DNA of 37,175 bases from an uncultured archaeon (GCA_964388035.1 CAYLZE010000046.1:1-37175); one strand, 5' to 3'; counted from the first letter of the stretch, positions 7,726-18,857 are shown. The notes: generated by a model not told the origin, from the letters alone. Translations and numbers: made by a program.

Positions 7726-10107
7726 ATGCAGAAAACGGTAGAAATCAATATTTCAGGAATTGTACAAGGAGTTGGTTTCCGTCCTTATTTATTTAATCTA
7801 GCAAGGGGTTTGGGGCTAAAAGGATACGTTCTAAATAGAGGTAATGCCGGAGTTAGGTTAGTTCTTCAAGGAGATTCTGAAAAAATACAAAATTTTTTAA
7901 ATTCTGTTGAAAAGAACCGACCGGAAATATCATACATTGAGACCCTTGAATTCCACCCCATTCCAGCAACTGACACTTATTCTGTATTGGAAATTAAAAA
8001 AAGTGAACAAGGACGGGGGATTAGTTTAACCCTCCCACCAGATATAGCCATGTGCGATCATTGTATTCATGATATGAGAGATAAATCAAAAGAAAGATAT
8101 TACATGTATCCATTTACCGCATGTGCAGTATGTGGGCCTAGATTTACTACGGTAAAGGAATTACCATATGATAGAGAACGATCAACCATGATTGAATTTC
8201 CATTTTGCAAAGATTGTCTTGCAGAGTATAGAAATTTTGATAATCGCAGATTCCATGCTCAAACTTATGCGTGTTCTGCTTGCGGACCCCATTATACTTT
8301 ATTCGACAAACAAGGTAATATTCTTAGAAGGAATATCCAAGAAATTCTCGAAGAAACTGCAAGAATGATTAATTCAGGCCTTGTAATTGCCATAAAAGGT
8401 ATCGGAGGAGTGCATTTAGCTTGCTTAGCATCACGAGAAGATGTCATTCTTAAATTAAGGGAGAGAAAAGGAGAAAGGAAATACAAGCCCTTTGCTCTAA
8501 TGGTTCCAAATCTGGATGATATCGAAAACTTTTTTCACATTTCAAGTAAAGAAAGGGAAATAATAACCTCCTTTAGACGCCCAATAGTACTTTTAGAAAA
8601 AAGATCGAATTTTGGCAGTTCGGGAATTAGTGAGTTAGTAGCACCAGGATTAAATAATATTGGGTTCATGCTTCCTTACTCCGGGATTCATCATTTAATA
8701 TTTGATGCCATCGGAAATTCTCCCTTAGTTTATACTAGTGGAAATAAGTCAAATATTCCAATGGCAATAGAAAACGAGCAGATCTTTGCTCAATTACGAG
8801 ATCTGGCGGATGCATTCTTATTGCATGATAGAATAATTTATCAGAGAGCGGATGATAGTGTTTTAAGAGTTCATGATGATAAAATTAAATTGATAAGAAG
8901 ATCGAGAGGATATGTGCCCGAATATCTACCCTTACCATTCAAGGTAGATATTTCCGGAGCATTGGCGGTTGGTCCAGAATTAGCGGTAACTGGAGCTGTA
9001 TTGAGAAGAAGTCGCATTTTCCCGACGCAGCATATCGGTAATGTGAGTTTGTTAGAAACACATGATTTTCTTAAAGATGCATTGTTTCACATGAAGAAAC
9101 TCTTACAAATAGAAGATCAAGAGATTAAGTTTATCGCTTGCGATGCACATCCGGAATTCATTACCACTAAATTTGCAAAAGAACTCTCGTTCCAATATGG
9201 AGTTCCCTTATATCCTATACAACATCATTATGCGCACATTTTGGGGCTCATGGCAGAAAATAAAGTTGGTACGGAGGAAGAGATAATAGGGATCAGTACA
9301 GATGGAGTCGGTTATGGAGATGATGGAAATATTTGGGGGGGTGAAATAGAAGCTTGTACTTATGAAAGTTACGAGCGTCTCGGACATTTGGAGTATCAGC
9401 CGATGATTGGGGGAGATCGTTGCACGAAATTTCCTGCACGAATGGCAATATCTATTCTATTAAACGCATTAGAAGAGGAAGAAGCCAATAATATTTTTAA
9501 AGAACTTCGAATTGCAAAGGACTTAGAGCATGGACAACAAGAGTTATCCATAATGATTTCGCAGTATGGGAATAAGCAAAATGTTCGATCCATGAATAAT
9601 ATTCCATTAACAAGCTCAACGGGTAGAATTTTTGACACCGTTTCTTACTTACTGGGTGCGTCAAATATTAAAACGTATCGGGGAGAACCTGCAATGAGAT
9701 TAGAAGGTCTTGCTGCCAAAGGCGTTCCTGGAAAAGTCACGTTAGAACTTAAATACCAAGCTTCGAATGGAAAACTTGTTTTTAAAACTTCTGATTTGAT
9801 ATTGGATATCATAAATTTATTAAAAAACCCAAAACTAAAGAAAGAGGACATCGCTCTTAGTTTTCATCATGCTTTAGGAGAAGCATTCGCTCAAGGAGCC
9901 ATGGAATTAGCTAAACAGCGAAATATAAAGAAAATAGGGTTATCAGGAGGAGTCGCATATAATTATCTCTTCTCAAAAACAATAAAAAAAAAGATCCAAG
10001 AGGAGAATTATATCTTCTTAGAACATGATAAAGTATGCCCCGGCGATGCTGGAATCAGTACGGGACAATTAATAAATGGTATCTTCAAATATAATAAAGA
10101 ATTTTAG
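7726..10107 (+). CDS. hypF: Carbamoyltransferase HypF
   Basis: GIVQGVGFRP acylphosphatase domain, two CxxC-x18-CxxC zinc fingers, KGIGG, QHHYAH, DGVGYG and GDAGISTGQ. Confidence 0.97.
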   Translation: MQKTVEINISGIVQGVGFRPYLFNLARGLGLKGYVLNRGNAGVRLVLQGDSEKIQNFLNSVEKNRPEISYIETLEFHPIPATDTYSVLEIKKSEQGRGISLTLPPDIAMCDHCIHDMRDKSKERYYMYPFTACAVCGPRFTTVKELPYDRERSTMIEFPFCKDCLAEYRNFDNRRFHAQTYACSACGPHYTLFDKQGNILRRNIQEILEETARMINSGLVIAIKGIGGVHLACLASREDVILKLRERKGERKYKPFALMVPNLDDIENFFHISSKEREIITSFRRPIVLLEKRSNFGSSGISELVAPGLNNIGFMLPYSGIHHLIFDAIGNSPLVYTSGNKSNIPMAIENEQIFAQLRDLADAFLLHDRIIYQRADDSVLRVHDDKIKLIRRSRGYVPEYLPLPFKVDISGALAVGPELAVTGAVLRRSRIFPTQHIGNVSLLETHDFLKDALFHMKKLLQIEDQEIKFIACDAHPEFITTKFAKELSFQYGVPLYPIQHHYAHILGLMAENKVGTEEEIIGISTDGVGYGDDGNIWGGEIEACTYESYERLGHLEYQPMIGGDRCTKFPARMAISILLNALEEEEANNIFKELRIAKDLEHGQQELSIMISQYGNKQNVRSMNNIPLTSSTGRIFDTVSYLLGASNIKTYRGEPAMRLEGLAAKGVPGKVTLELKYQASNGKLVFKTSDLILDIINLLKNPKLKKEDIALSFHHALGEAFAQGAMELAKQRNIKKIGLSGGVAYNYLFSKTIKKKIQEENYIFLEHDKVCPGDAGISTGQLINGIFKYNKEF

Positions 10108-10449
10108 AAAATATATTAATTTTATGAAGTCTTTAATGATTTGGATAGTTTCTACCTATATTATTTCATCATAATATCGAAATACTATATTTCAAAAAAA
10201 AGCTAAATCAAATAATTAGACACAAATACTTATTAATGTAAGTATAAGTGTCAAAGTAATGCTTAAGAACTATCAAATGTATAATAATGTACATGTGAAT
10301 ATTCTATTTTACTGAAAATGTAGATAATTTAAATTAAACGCGATAAAATTGAAAAATATTAAGAAATTTTAATGATAAATGAAATCATATTACATAATCC
10401 TTTTAGATAACTATAATCATTTAATTATAAAATAGTGTAAATACTATAC

Positions 10450-11271
10450 ATGGAACAAACAAAACTAAAGGTTATTTGTGAAGTTATTTCTGTAATTATT
10501 ATTCTTAGATTAATTATATGGTTACTTCCTCTTACCAATGTTTATTACATTCTTGATGATATATTTTATTGGAATTATCTTAGTCATATTCTATTTTTAA
10601 TTGTGCCAATTCTCATTATTGGAATATGTAAACGTGATTTCAAATTATATGGGCTTCATTTGAAGACGATTAAAATAGATTTGATTTTTTTCTCGCTTTT
10701 GATAATAGGAATCTTAAGTCCTCCTTTAATTGCAGTAATTCTAAATATATTACAATTTAATTTTGAAAAATATCCACAGCAATATTTATTCTCTACTTTC
10801 TTTTTTCAAATTGTTGTTACTGGATTCACCGAAGAAATATTATATCGGGGTTATTACCAAAGTAGACTAAACGATGCTTTTAAAAAACCTTACCACCTGG
10901 AAAATTTCAATTTTGGACCAAGCGTGATAATTGTTGCGATATTATTTGGATTAGCTCATGTCCTAAATCCTTTCAATCCTATCAGAGGACAATTTTCATT
11001 AAATTTTATTGCAGGAATCTTTACAACTCTCATTGGGTTGATTTTGGGCTTTGTTAGGGAAAAAACAGAGAGTATCTTCGCTCCGAGTTTAATTCACGGC
11101 GTATATAATGGCTTTATCGTCTATTTATCAGGGGACTATTCCGATATATTTATCACTATAGGATGGAGCATAGCATATATAATGTTTTTCTTTTGGCTGT
11201 TTAGATTGGAATCGAAAGAACTTGATAACTTTCATGAAATTCTTCTTGAGAAAACTATAAACATCCAATAA
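10450..11271 (+). CDS. CPBP/Abi (CAAX protease-like) intramembrane metalloprotease
   Basis: EEILYRG, FGLAH and IHGVYN motifs in a multi-TM protein. Confidence 0.9.
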   Translation: MEQTKLKVICEVISVIIILRLIIWLLPLTNVYYILDDIFYWNYLSHILFLIVPILIIGICKRDFKLYGLHLKTIKIDLIFFSLLIIGILSPPLIAVILNILQFNFEKYPQQYLFSTFFFQIVVTGFTEEILYRGYYQSRLNDAFKKPYHLENFNFGPSVIIVAILFGLAHVLNPFNPIRGQFSLNFIAGIFTTLIGLILGFVREKTESIFAPSLIHGVYNGFIVYLSGDYSDIFITIGWSIAYIMFFFWLFRLESKELDNFHEILLEKTINIQ

Positions 11272-11434
11272 CATTCAAATCTTTTTTTTTAAGAAAAGCT
11301 TAGTCGATACGGTTTAATTTTAAATTTTATGAGCAAAATTACGACCAAATCAAGATTTGAATTTTTAATTCGAGGAGTTATCATAAAAATTGGATTACTC
11401 TAGTTTTTTAATAAATAAAAATGTGTGAATAAAT

Positions 11435-11914
11435 ATGGCACAAAAAGTATGGATAATGCATGATACCAAATTTGGTAATGGAAAGAAGTTGGCAGAATCA
11501 CTCAAACAGCAGTTTTCTGATGAGTATGAAATAACCATTGGAGATGTGAAAGAAATAACCCCAATGACTGTGGCAAATACTACTCCCAATATATTAATCT
11601 TGGGAGGCGCTGTTCGCGCATTCCACGGAGCACCGGCTTCAAAGAAATGGCTTAAGCAGTTAAATGTAAAGTTAAAGGAACAAAATAAAACAATTCAATA
11701 TGGAATGGGTTTTTTAACCCATGGCTTACCTACCGATAAGGTGCAAGGTTTTGCCAAAAGATTTTTAAACAAAATTATAGACGCATCAATGATTGAAAAA
11801 ACTTATTCCCCCATGTTAACTACTCGAGTCATGGGACAAAAAGGACCAATATATGAAGAAGAAATGGATAAGTCACAGCAATATATTCAAGATTTTATTC
11901 GATGGATGAAATAA
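11435..11914 (+). CDS. Flavodoxin-like domain protein
   Basis: N-terminal HDTKFGNGKKLAE resembles the flavodoxin P-loop (S/TxxGNT). Also ILILGGAV. Confidence 0.7.
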   Translation: MAQKVWIMHDTKFGNGKKLAESLKQQFSDEYEITIGDVKEITPMTVANTTPNILILGGAVRAFHGAPASKKWLKQLNVKLKEQNKTIQYGMGFLTHGLPTDKVQGFAKRFLNKIIDASMIEKTYSPMLTTRVMGQKGPIYEEEMDKSQQYIQDFIRWMK

Positions 11915-11938
11915 TTAATAACAATTAAAATATTTTAA

Positions 11939-12772
11939 TTATTTGTTTAATCCTACAAGGGTCTCACTAACGGTCCACAAATGTCTTGCCAAGTCCGCAT
12001 CATATGTTTGATCAGAAGTTTTGACCATTTTTTTATTTTTAAAATACTTTCCCGTAATATCTGTCACTTCATCAGAAGTAGCTAAATAAATGGGTGTTTC
12101 TGCTCCTTTTTGGGGCCTCTTAAATAATATCTTGATAAATAGACGAGAAAAGAAATCCAATTCTCGACCTATATTTGTACTTATAATTCCAGGATGTAAA
12201 GCATTTACACTTACACCAGTTCCATCCAATCTTCTACTTAATTCATAAGTGAAGAGTATAAGAGCTATTTTGGATTGTCCATAGGCTTTAAATTTAGAGT
12301 AATTTTTCTCCGATTGCAAATCATCCATGTTTAATTTATAATGTTCATGTTCACTTGAAGAGACATTTATTATTCGGGAAGGGGCACTGTTTTTTAAAGT
12401 GTTTAGTAAAAGATTTGTTAATAAAAATGGTGCTAAATAATTTACAACAAAAGTCATTTCAATATTATCTTCAGATAATTCTCGATGCTTCTTTATGATC
12501 CCCGCATTATTAATAAGAACATCTAATTTTTTGTATTTACGATTAAAATTTTCAACAAGAGCACGAATTTGAGTTTGGGAGGATAAATCCGCAATGAGAA
12601 CATGAATGTTATTATTATTTGACTTTTTTATAATGTTTTCTTTTACTAAATTACATTTTCCCTCATTTCGACAGATCATTATAATTTTAGCTCCTTTTTG
12701 AGCTAATCCCAAGGTAATTGCTTTCCCTAGTCCCGAATTAGCTCCCGTAATCATTATAGTTTTTTCATTCAT
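11939..12772 (-). CDS. Short-chain dehydrogenase/reductase (retinol dehydrogenase-like)
   Basis: TGANSGLG, NNAG, YGQSK (YxxxK) and HPG motifs. Confidence 0.93.
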   Translation of the reverse strand: MNEKTIMITGANSGLGKAITLGLAQKGAKIIMICRNEGKCNLVKENIIKKSNNNNIHVLIADLSSQTQIRALVENFNRKYKKLDVLINNAGIIKKHRELSEDNIEMTFVVNYLAPFLLTNLLLNTLKNSAPSRIINVSSSEHEHYKLNMDDLQSEKNYSKFKAYGQSKIALILFTYELSRRLDGTGVSVNALHPGIISTNIGRELDFFSRLFIKILFKRPQKGAETPIYLATSDEVTDITGKYFKNKKMVKTSDQTYDADLARHLWTVSETLVGLNK

Positions 12773-13028
12773 GTTGCTTTTCGCTTCCCATCGTTTTCAA
12801 ATTTAATAGTGATGCATAATTTAAACATAATCTTAAGCTCGTTTATTATAATTCGTAAGTGGAAAAGATATAGAAAACTATGAGAACCAAATTCATTCAT
12901 ATTTACTTAATTTAGATTTTATTATGATAAGCTTAATATGGACTCTATTAATATAACTGTCTAAAGCTATAAAAAGTATATCTCATTAAGCAAATTTAGA
13001 TTTAATAACAAATTTTCCCTAGAATAGA

Positions 13029-14324
13029 ATGCTTGATAATATAATTGAAGTAATACAAAAAGAAGTAAATGCAAAATTTGGTATTTTCTGCTTAAACTCC
13101 TTCATTAATCGCTGTTCTATTAAAATGTTGAGCGAATTTACAAGTAAAAATAACATAAAGTGTGATGAAAATTCAAATTCTAAGATTGATTGTCTACGCC
13201 GTATTGCCCTCCATTGCTACAAAGAATATCATAATAAATTTGAAATGAAGGAGAAGTATTCAAATTCCCTCGATTATATCGGCTCTATCATTACATCGGA
13301 CATGATATTTGAAGATCTTATGATAGATTTTGATTTTCTTTCGAAGCAAGAATTAATTGATGTGTTTGCAAATTACTGCGCCGATTTAGGTATCTCAGTT
13401 TTTGATGCTTCAAATACCAGAGACTATAACTTGGATCTTTATTTAACACGCAAAACGCCCCGGCTTAGAACAGAGGCAGTCGTCGTTCGAACAGGCTCAG
13501 AGCTCGATAGTGATTGTTATCATCAAGATTTAAAAAGATTGGAAAGTGCTGGCAAAATAGCTTCTTGGACGGTATATGTTATCACCCCAATTGGAGCTCA
13601 AAAAGTTAATTTAAATAAAATAATTAAGGATATGGAAGAATTGAAAATTTGGTTATATGTTATTGATCCTGTTCGAGAAAAAATAATGGGGATAACGCGA
13701 GGGAAAAAAGCTAAGACCTATGACCCGGATTTAAGGGATCAGTATATTAAAAGTTTGCCAATCGATTCCATTCGCTCTCCTTCTCAAGTTATAAAAATTT
13801 CAAAATATAATTTTAGTGAGAGCGATTCCTATAATTCAAGTAATTTTACTACCTTTTCACTTGTTCCTGAAGAAGACTTTAACATTCTTTCGAAAGGAAA
13901 AATCATTGCGATAAAGCCAAAATATAGAGAAATATTTCGTAATATCATTATAATAAGTATAGATTCAGGAGTCCCAATTCTCTCTTACACCAGTGAGGTA
14001 AATCCAATGGATGATGGATTGTTATCGGGATTTTTGACAGCAATGGATAATTTTGTTTCGGAAATCGGAGGTAGTGATAACATTTTAGAAGATATCAATT
14101 ATAAAGGAGTGTATATACAGGCAGCTTATGGTAAATTAGTGAAAATTGCCCTTTTCCTTTCTAAACCCTCAGATCAGATTTTAAAAGAACGCCTTGCCTT
14201 CTTTATAAGACATTTTGAAGAAAAAAATAAGATGAAGATAGAAAAGTTCATAAAATCAGGAGAAGCAAGCTTGTTTGATTCAAAAGAATTCAAAAAGCAT
14301 TTAGAAAAAATATTATTAATATAG
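13029..14324 (+). CDS. Multidomain hypothetical protein with a C-terminal longin/roadblock-like domain
   Basis: The C-terminal ~130 aa (IIIISIDSGVPILSY...LLSGFLTAMDNFVSEIGG...IALFL...LKERLAFFIRHFEEK) has the Asgard longin-like pattern. The middle region weakly resembles a restriction-endonuclease-like fold. Confidence 0.65.
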   Translation: MLDNIIEVIQKEVNAKFGIFCLNSFINRCSIKMLSEFTSKNNIKCDENSNSKIDCLRRIALHCYKEYHNKFEMKEKYSNSLDYIGSIITSDMIFEDLMIDFDFLSKQELIDVFANYCADLGISVFDASNTRDYNLDLYLTRKTPRLRTEAVVVRTGSELDSDCYHQDLKRLESAGKIASWTVYVITPIGAQKVNLNKIIKDMEELKIWLYVIDPVREKIMGITRGKKAKTYDPDLRDQYIKSLPIDSIRSPSQVIKISKYNFSESDSYNSSNFTTFSLVPEEDFNILSKGKIIAIKPKYREIFRNIIIISIDSGVPILSYTSEVNPMDDGLLSGFLTAMDNFVSEIGGSDNILEDINYKGVYIQAAYGKLVKIALFLSKPSDQILKERLAFFIRHFEEKNKMKIEKFIKSGEASLFDSKEFKKHLEKILLI

Positions 14325-14548
14325 TACTGGGATTCAATTATTTTTTTTTTCTTACTTTATAAAATATTTTCACTTCGCATGGCTTGAACGTTATAAATAT
14401 TAAATCAATGGATTATATCTTTTTCTTTTCTAAAGGTAAAGATGCCACTGAATTAAACAATGCTATTTAAAAACTAGAAAAGAATAAGATATATCATATT
14501 TTTAGACTGATTAAAGATATAAAAAGATAACAAAAGATAGGATGCCAA

Positions 14549-15364
14549 ATGAAGGAATATAAAAAAATAGTTCCATGCTTGGATGTAAAAGATGGGAGAG
14601 TAGTAAAAGGAATTCAATTCATAAATTTAAGAGATGCTGGAGATCCCGTTGAATTTGGAATGTTTTATGAAGAAGAAGGTGCTGATGAATTGATCTTTTT
14701 AGATATTACGGCGACCATAGAAAAAAGAAAGACCGTTGTAAATTTAATTAAAAGAGTTGCAGATGGAATCAATATTCCATTCACAGTGGGAGGGGGTATT
14801 GCATCGATGGAAGATGTAGAAGCAATTCTTAACGCGGGGGCTGATAAGGTTTCCTTGAATAGTGCTGCTGTAAAAGAGCCAGATCTTTTAAAAAAGATTT
14901 CAGAAGAATATGGTCCAAAAAGATTAGTATGTGCAATAGATGGAAAAAGAGTATATGTAGATTCCCAAGAAAAAGTTCCAGATAAAAACGTGGTTAAAGT
15001 AGAGGAGGGGTACTGTTGGTTTGATGTCCTCACCCACGGAGGTACGAAGTCAACAGGAAAAGATGCTATTCAATGGTCACGAGAAGAAAAAGAACTCGGA
15101 GCAGGTGAAATATTACCTACATCGAAAGATTTTGATGGGGTGAAAAAAGGATATGATTTGGAAATGACTAGATCCATTGTAGAAGCTACAGATTTACCTG
15201 TAACCGCATCTGGTGGGGCGGGAAATGTACAGCATATTTTAGATGCTTTCAAAATAGGAAAGGCAACTGCGGTTCTAGCGGCATCGATCTTCCATTTTAG
15301 AGAAGTTTCAATAAAAGAGGCTAAACAATATTGCATCAGCAATGGAATTCAAATGAAATTATAA
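14549..15364 (+). CDS. hisF: Imidazole glycerol phosphate synthase cyclase subunit, divergent copy
   Basis: [31 protein letters not shown] and LAASIFH. Confidence 0.9.
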   Translation: MKEYKKIVPCLDVKDGRVVKGIQFINLRDAGDPVEFGMFYEEEGADELIFLDITATIEKRKTVVNLIKRVADGINIPFTVGGGIASMEDVEAILNAGADKVSLNSAAVKEPDLLKKISEEYGPKRLVCAIDGKRVYVDSQEKVPDKNVVKVEEGYCWFDVLTHGGTKSTGKDAIQWSREEKELGAGEILPTSKDFDGVKKGYDLEMTRSIVEATDLPVTASGGAGNVQHILDAFKIGKATAVLAASIFHFREVSIKEAKQYCISNGIQMKL

Positions 15365-15585
15365 AAAATACTTCATTATTTTGCATCAACATTTTAAAAT
15401 CTTTCTTTATAGTGCATTTCATCTAAATAATTATTCAACAACGGGCTTAATGCAATATGACAAATTGAAAAGTAATATGAAATAATATAGACAATTATTG
15501 TTTTAAGGCTCTAATTATTCATAATCGAAAATCTAAAATAAGTTAATTCATCTATTTTCTAAAGGAACTATTGGTATTATTAAAA

Positions 15586-16401
15586 TTGACGTTAACAAAA
15601 CGCATAATTCCTTGTTTAGATGTTACTGATGGACGCGTGGTCAAAGGAACTAAGTTTATTAATTTGAAAGATGCGGGAGATGCGGTAGAATTAGGGGCAT
15701 TTTATGATGAACAAGGTGCAGATGAATTGATATTTTTGGACATTACGGCTTCATCAGATAAGCGAAAAATATTAGTTAATTTGGTTGAAAGAACAGGGGA
15801 ACAAGTCTTTATTCCCTTTACCGTGGGGGGAGGTTTAAGAACCGTGACAGATATAAAAGAGATTTTAAGAGCAGGAGCAGATAAAGTATCATTGAACACG
15901 GCTGCAGTAAAAAATCCAGATTTAATCACCGAAGGAGCTAAGAGGTTCGGTTCTCAATGTATTGTAACAGCAATAGATGCGAAAAGAGTATACTTGAATA
16001 ATACTCAAGTCAAAAGCGATAAAATAGTGATTGAAGTTAATGGAAGATCCTGTTGGTGGGAAGTTTATATTCATGGCGGACGCACTCCCACTGGGATGGA
16101 TGCCATTCAATGGGGTCAAAAAGCAACCGCTTTAGGAAGTGGAGAAATTTTATTGACTTCAATGGACATGGATGGAGTAAAGAAAGGCTATGATTTGGAG
16201 CTTACAAGAGAGTTCAGTGAGAGATTAGATGTGCCTATCATCGCGTCAGGAGGGGCAGGAAACCCTCAGCACATTATCGATGCTTTTAAGATAGGAAAAG
16301 CAGATGCCGCATTAGCAGCATCTATCTTCCATTATAATGAATATAGCATCGAGCGAGTAAAAAAAGAATGTCAGAAGGAAGGAATTCCCATGAGGTTATG
16401 A
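15586..16401 (+). CDS. hisF: Imidazole glycerol phosphate synthase cyclase subunit, canonical copy
   Basis: [25 protein letters not shown] and LAASIFH. TTG at 15586 is the likely start (alternative 15571). Ends 3 nt before hisH. Confidence 0.95.
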   Translation: MTLTKRIIPCLDVTDGRVVKGTKFINLKDAGDAVELGAFYDEQGADELIFLDITASSDKRKILVNLVERTGEQVFIPFTVGGGLRTVTDIKEILRAGADKVSLNTAAVKNPDLITEGAKRFGSQCIVTAIDAKRVYLNNTQVKSDKIVIEVNGRSCWWEVYIHGGRTPTGMDAIQWGQKATALGSGEILLTSMDMDGVKKGYDLELTREFSERLDVPIIASGGAGNPQHIIDAFKIGKADAALAASIFHYNEYSIERVKKECQKEGIPMRL

Positions 16402-16404
16402 AAG

Positions 16405-17034
16405 ATGCCCTTTAACATTGCAATTATAGACTATGGAATGGGGAATTTAAAGAGTATTTATAAATTATTTCGTCATTTAGAAATAGATTGCGAAATTACC
16501 TCTAAACCAGATATTATTAAAAATTCAGATGGAGTCGTCTTGCCTGGTGTAGGAGCTTTTGGAGACGCAATGAAAAATCTAAGGGATAGAAATTTAGATG
16601 TTTTGATTAAAAATATTGTTAATGAAGGCAAACCGTTATTAGGGGTTTGCTTGGGGCTACAATTATTACTATCTAAAAGTAATGAAATGGGAGAGCATTT
16701 GGGATTAGATATTATCAAAGGAAAGGTAATCATGTTTGATAAAAGTAAAGGGGATAAAGTGCCTCAGATAGGATGGAATAACGTGAATTTTGAAGACCCC
16801 ACCCATTTTTTAGTGAAGGACATCCCGAATCATGCGTATTTTTATTTCGTTCATAGTTTTTACGCCGTAGCGGAAGATCAATCAACCATATTAGGAACAA
16901 CTAGATATGGAGATATTGAATTTGCGTCCATCTTACAGAAGAAGAATGTAATAGCTACCCAATTTCATCCCGAAAAGTCGAGTAAATATGGAATTCAACT
17001 TTACAGGAATTTCATTGCTTATTGCATGAAGTAA
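16405..17034 (+). CDS. hisH: Imidazole glycerol phosphate synthase glutaminase subunit
   Basis: DYGMGN, PGVGAF, GVCLGLQ, YFVHS and QFHPEKS. Confidence 0.96.
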   Translation: MPFNIAIIDYGMGNLKSIYKLFRHLEIDCEITSKPDIIKNSDGVVLPGVGAFGDAMKNLRDRNLDVLIKNIVNEGKPLLGVCLGLQLLLSKSNEMGEHLGLDIIKGKVIMFDKSKGDKVPQIGWNNVNFEDPTHFLVKDIPNHAYFYFVHSFYAVAEDQSTILGTTRYGDIEFASILQKKNVIATQFHPEKSSKYGIQLYRNFIAYCMK

Positions 17035-17197
17035 GTAATTAATATTTAATTTTCATCACGCTTTTCTTTTTATTCTACTTTTTAAAAAAGGCAACGAGAA
17101 AGGTTTGCTAGAATTAGAACATGATTGATTAAAGAAATGTAAAGAGTGCTTAAATTCCATGAATAAAATGGAAATACTTTATTCTTTTTTTCCATTT

Positions 17198-18721
17198 TTA
17201 GCATCTGTTAGATGCGATTGAACTTTCTAATTCAGTTAACTTGACTGCTGATTTTAAGGGATATTCTCCCGTGAGACAAGCCAAACATAATTGATTTTGG
17301 CTCAATCCGATGGCATCTATTAAATCATCTAATTTTTGATAAAGAAGGGTATCAGCATCGATTTTTTTTCTAATTTCTTCAAGAAAATGCTCGCCATATT
17401 CTTTTTGAAAACGACCAGCAATTAATTCATTTCTGGTAGGAAAATCAATTCCCATGTAACACGCGTTTCTGACAGGAGGGCAACTAATTCTCACATTCAC
17501 TGATCTAGCTCCTGCAGATCTTATCAGAGAAACGATCTGTTCTGTGGTAGTTCCTCTCACGATAGAATCATCTAATAATATAACATCTTTTCCTTCGATA
17601 ACACTCTTTATAGGATTTAATTTTTCCTTGACCGCAGTCTTTCTCTTCTGTTGCCCCGGCATGATGAAAGTTCTCCATACATAACGATTTTTCATTAGAC
17701 CTTCCACATAAGGCAGCTTCGCTTCCTTTGCATAACCTACAGCAGCGCTTCTACCAGAATCAGGGACAGGAACCACGATAGCATTTTCTAGAATTTCAGG
17801 ATCCTTTAATAAAGGATCTCTTTTAGCTAGATTCATGCCTAATTTAAGGCGTGCATCTGCTACGGCAACCCCATCAATAATGGAATCGGGTCGAGCAAAA
17901 TATACGAATTCGAACATGCATAATGCCGTTTTATTTGCCTTTAATACCATTTCCGAATGTATTTCTTTCTGATGACTTAAATGAACGATTTCTCCAGGCA
18001 GAACATCTCTCAGAAAGTTTCCCCCTACTGCATCGATAGCACAAGACTCGGATGCCACAAAATAAAGATTGCGTTTATCTGTTCTAAGTTCCCCGATACA
18101 CAAGGGTTTGAATCCTAAGGGATCGCGCATTGCATAAATGTCGCCTTTATTCGTCAATAGAACTAAGGAATAAGAGCCATCCAAAAATCTACTTGTTATC
18201 TTTAATACTTCTGGCCAATCTTCTGTTCCCATTCTAATCGATCCAATCAATTGTGCAATAACCTCCGTATCAGTATTGGTGACAAATATACGCCCCATTT
18301 CGCTCATCTTATTCTTAATTTCTTCAAAATTTGGTATTGTTCCGTTAAAAGCAAAAGCAAATTCAATCTCATTGTTTTTAAAGTAATAAGGTTGGATATA
18401 GTCGATGCTAGAATATTCTTCGGAACCTGTCGTCGCATATCTATTATGACCTATGCCAATATTTCCCCAAAATTGAGAGAGCTTCTTCTCATTTAAAACC
18501 TTGGATACTAACCCTAATTTTTTATACGTATAGATGTTCGTGCTTCCCGTGTTCATTATTGAAATGCCCGTGGACTCTTGACCACGATGTTGGAGGGCAA
18601 TAAGTCCTTTATACAATAAACTAGCGACAGAAAAACCAACATCATCACTACTCACCCCAAAAACAGCACACTTTTCTTTAATCTTTTGGAATCCCAGATC
18701 ACAGGCTTTGTTTTTGCGCAT
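17198..18721 (-). CDS. purF: Amidophosphoribosyltransferase (propeptide- and Fe-S-containing type)
   Basis: 17-aa propeptide then CAVFG, LQHRGQES, HNRYAT, YFARPDS and DDSIVRGTT. Fe-S cysteines in CMFE, CYMG and CLAC. Confidence 0.97.
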   Translation of the reverse strand: MRKNKACDLGFQKIKEKCAVFGVSSDDVGFSVASLLYKGLIALQHRGQESTGISIMNTGSTNIYTYKKLGLVSKVLNEKKLSQFWGNIGIGHNRYATTGSEEYSSIDYIQPYYFKNNEIEFAFAFNGTIPNFEEIKNKMSEMGRIFVTNTDTEVIAQLIGSIRMGTEDWPEVLKITSRFLDGSYSLVLLTNKGDIYAMRDPLGFKPLCIGELRTDKRNLYFVASESCAIDAVGGNFLRDVLPGEIVHLSHQKEIHSEMVLKANKTALCMFEFVYFARPDSIIDGVAVADARLKLGMNLAKRDPLLKDPEILENAIVVPVPDSGRSAAVGYAKEAKLPYVEGLMKNRYVWRTFIMPGQQKRKTAVKEKLNPIKSVIEGKDVILLDDSIVRGTTTEQIVSLIRSAGARSVNVRISCPPVRNACYMGIDFPTRNELIAGRFQKEYGEHFLEEIRKKIDADTLLYQKLDDLIDAIGLSQNQLCLACLTGEYPLKSAVKLTELESSIASNRC

Positions 18722-18857
18722 GATGATTAGAAAGAAATTAAAGATATTCTATTTCATATTCAATTAATTAAAATCTTTTATGATTTTTAATTATTGTTTT
18801 AATAAAGTATTAACAATTTCCGCATTTGAGCATTAAAAAGTAAATATTATACTTGCG

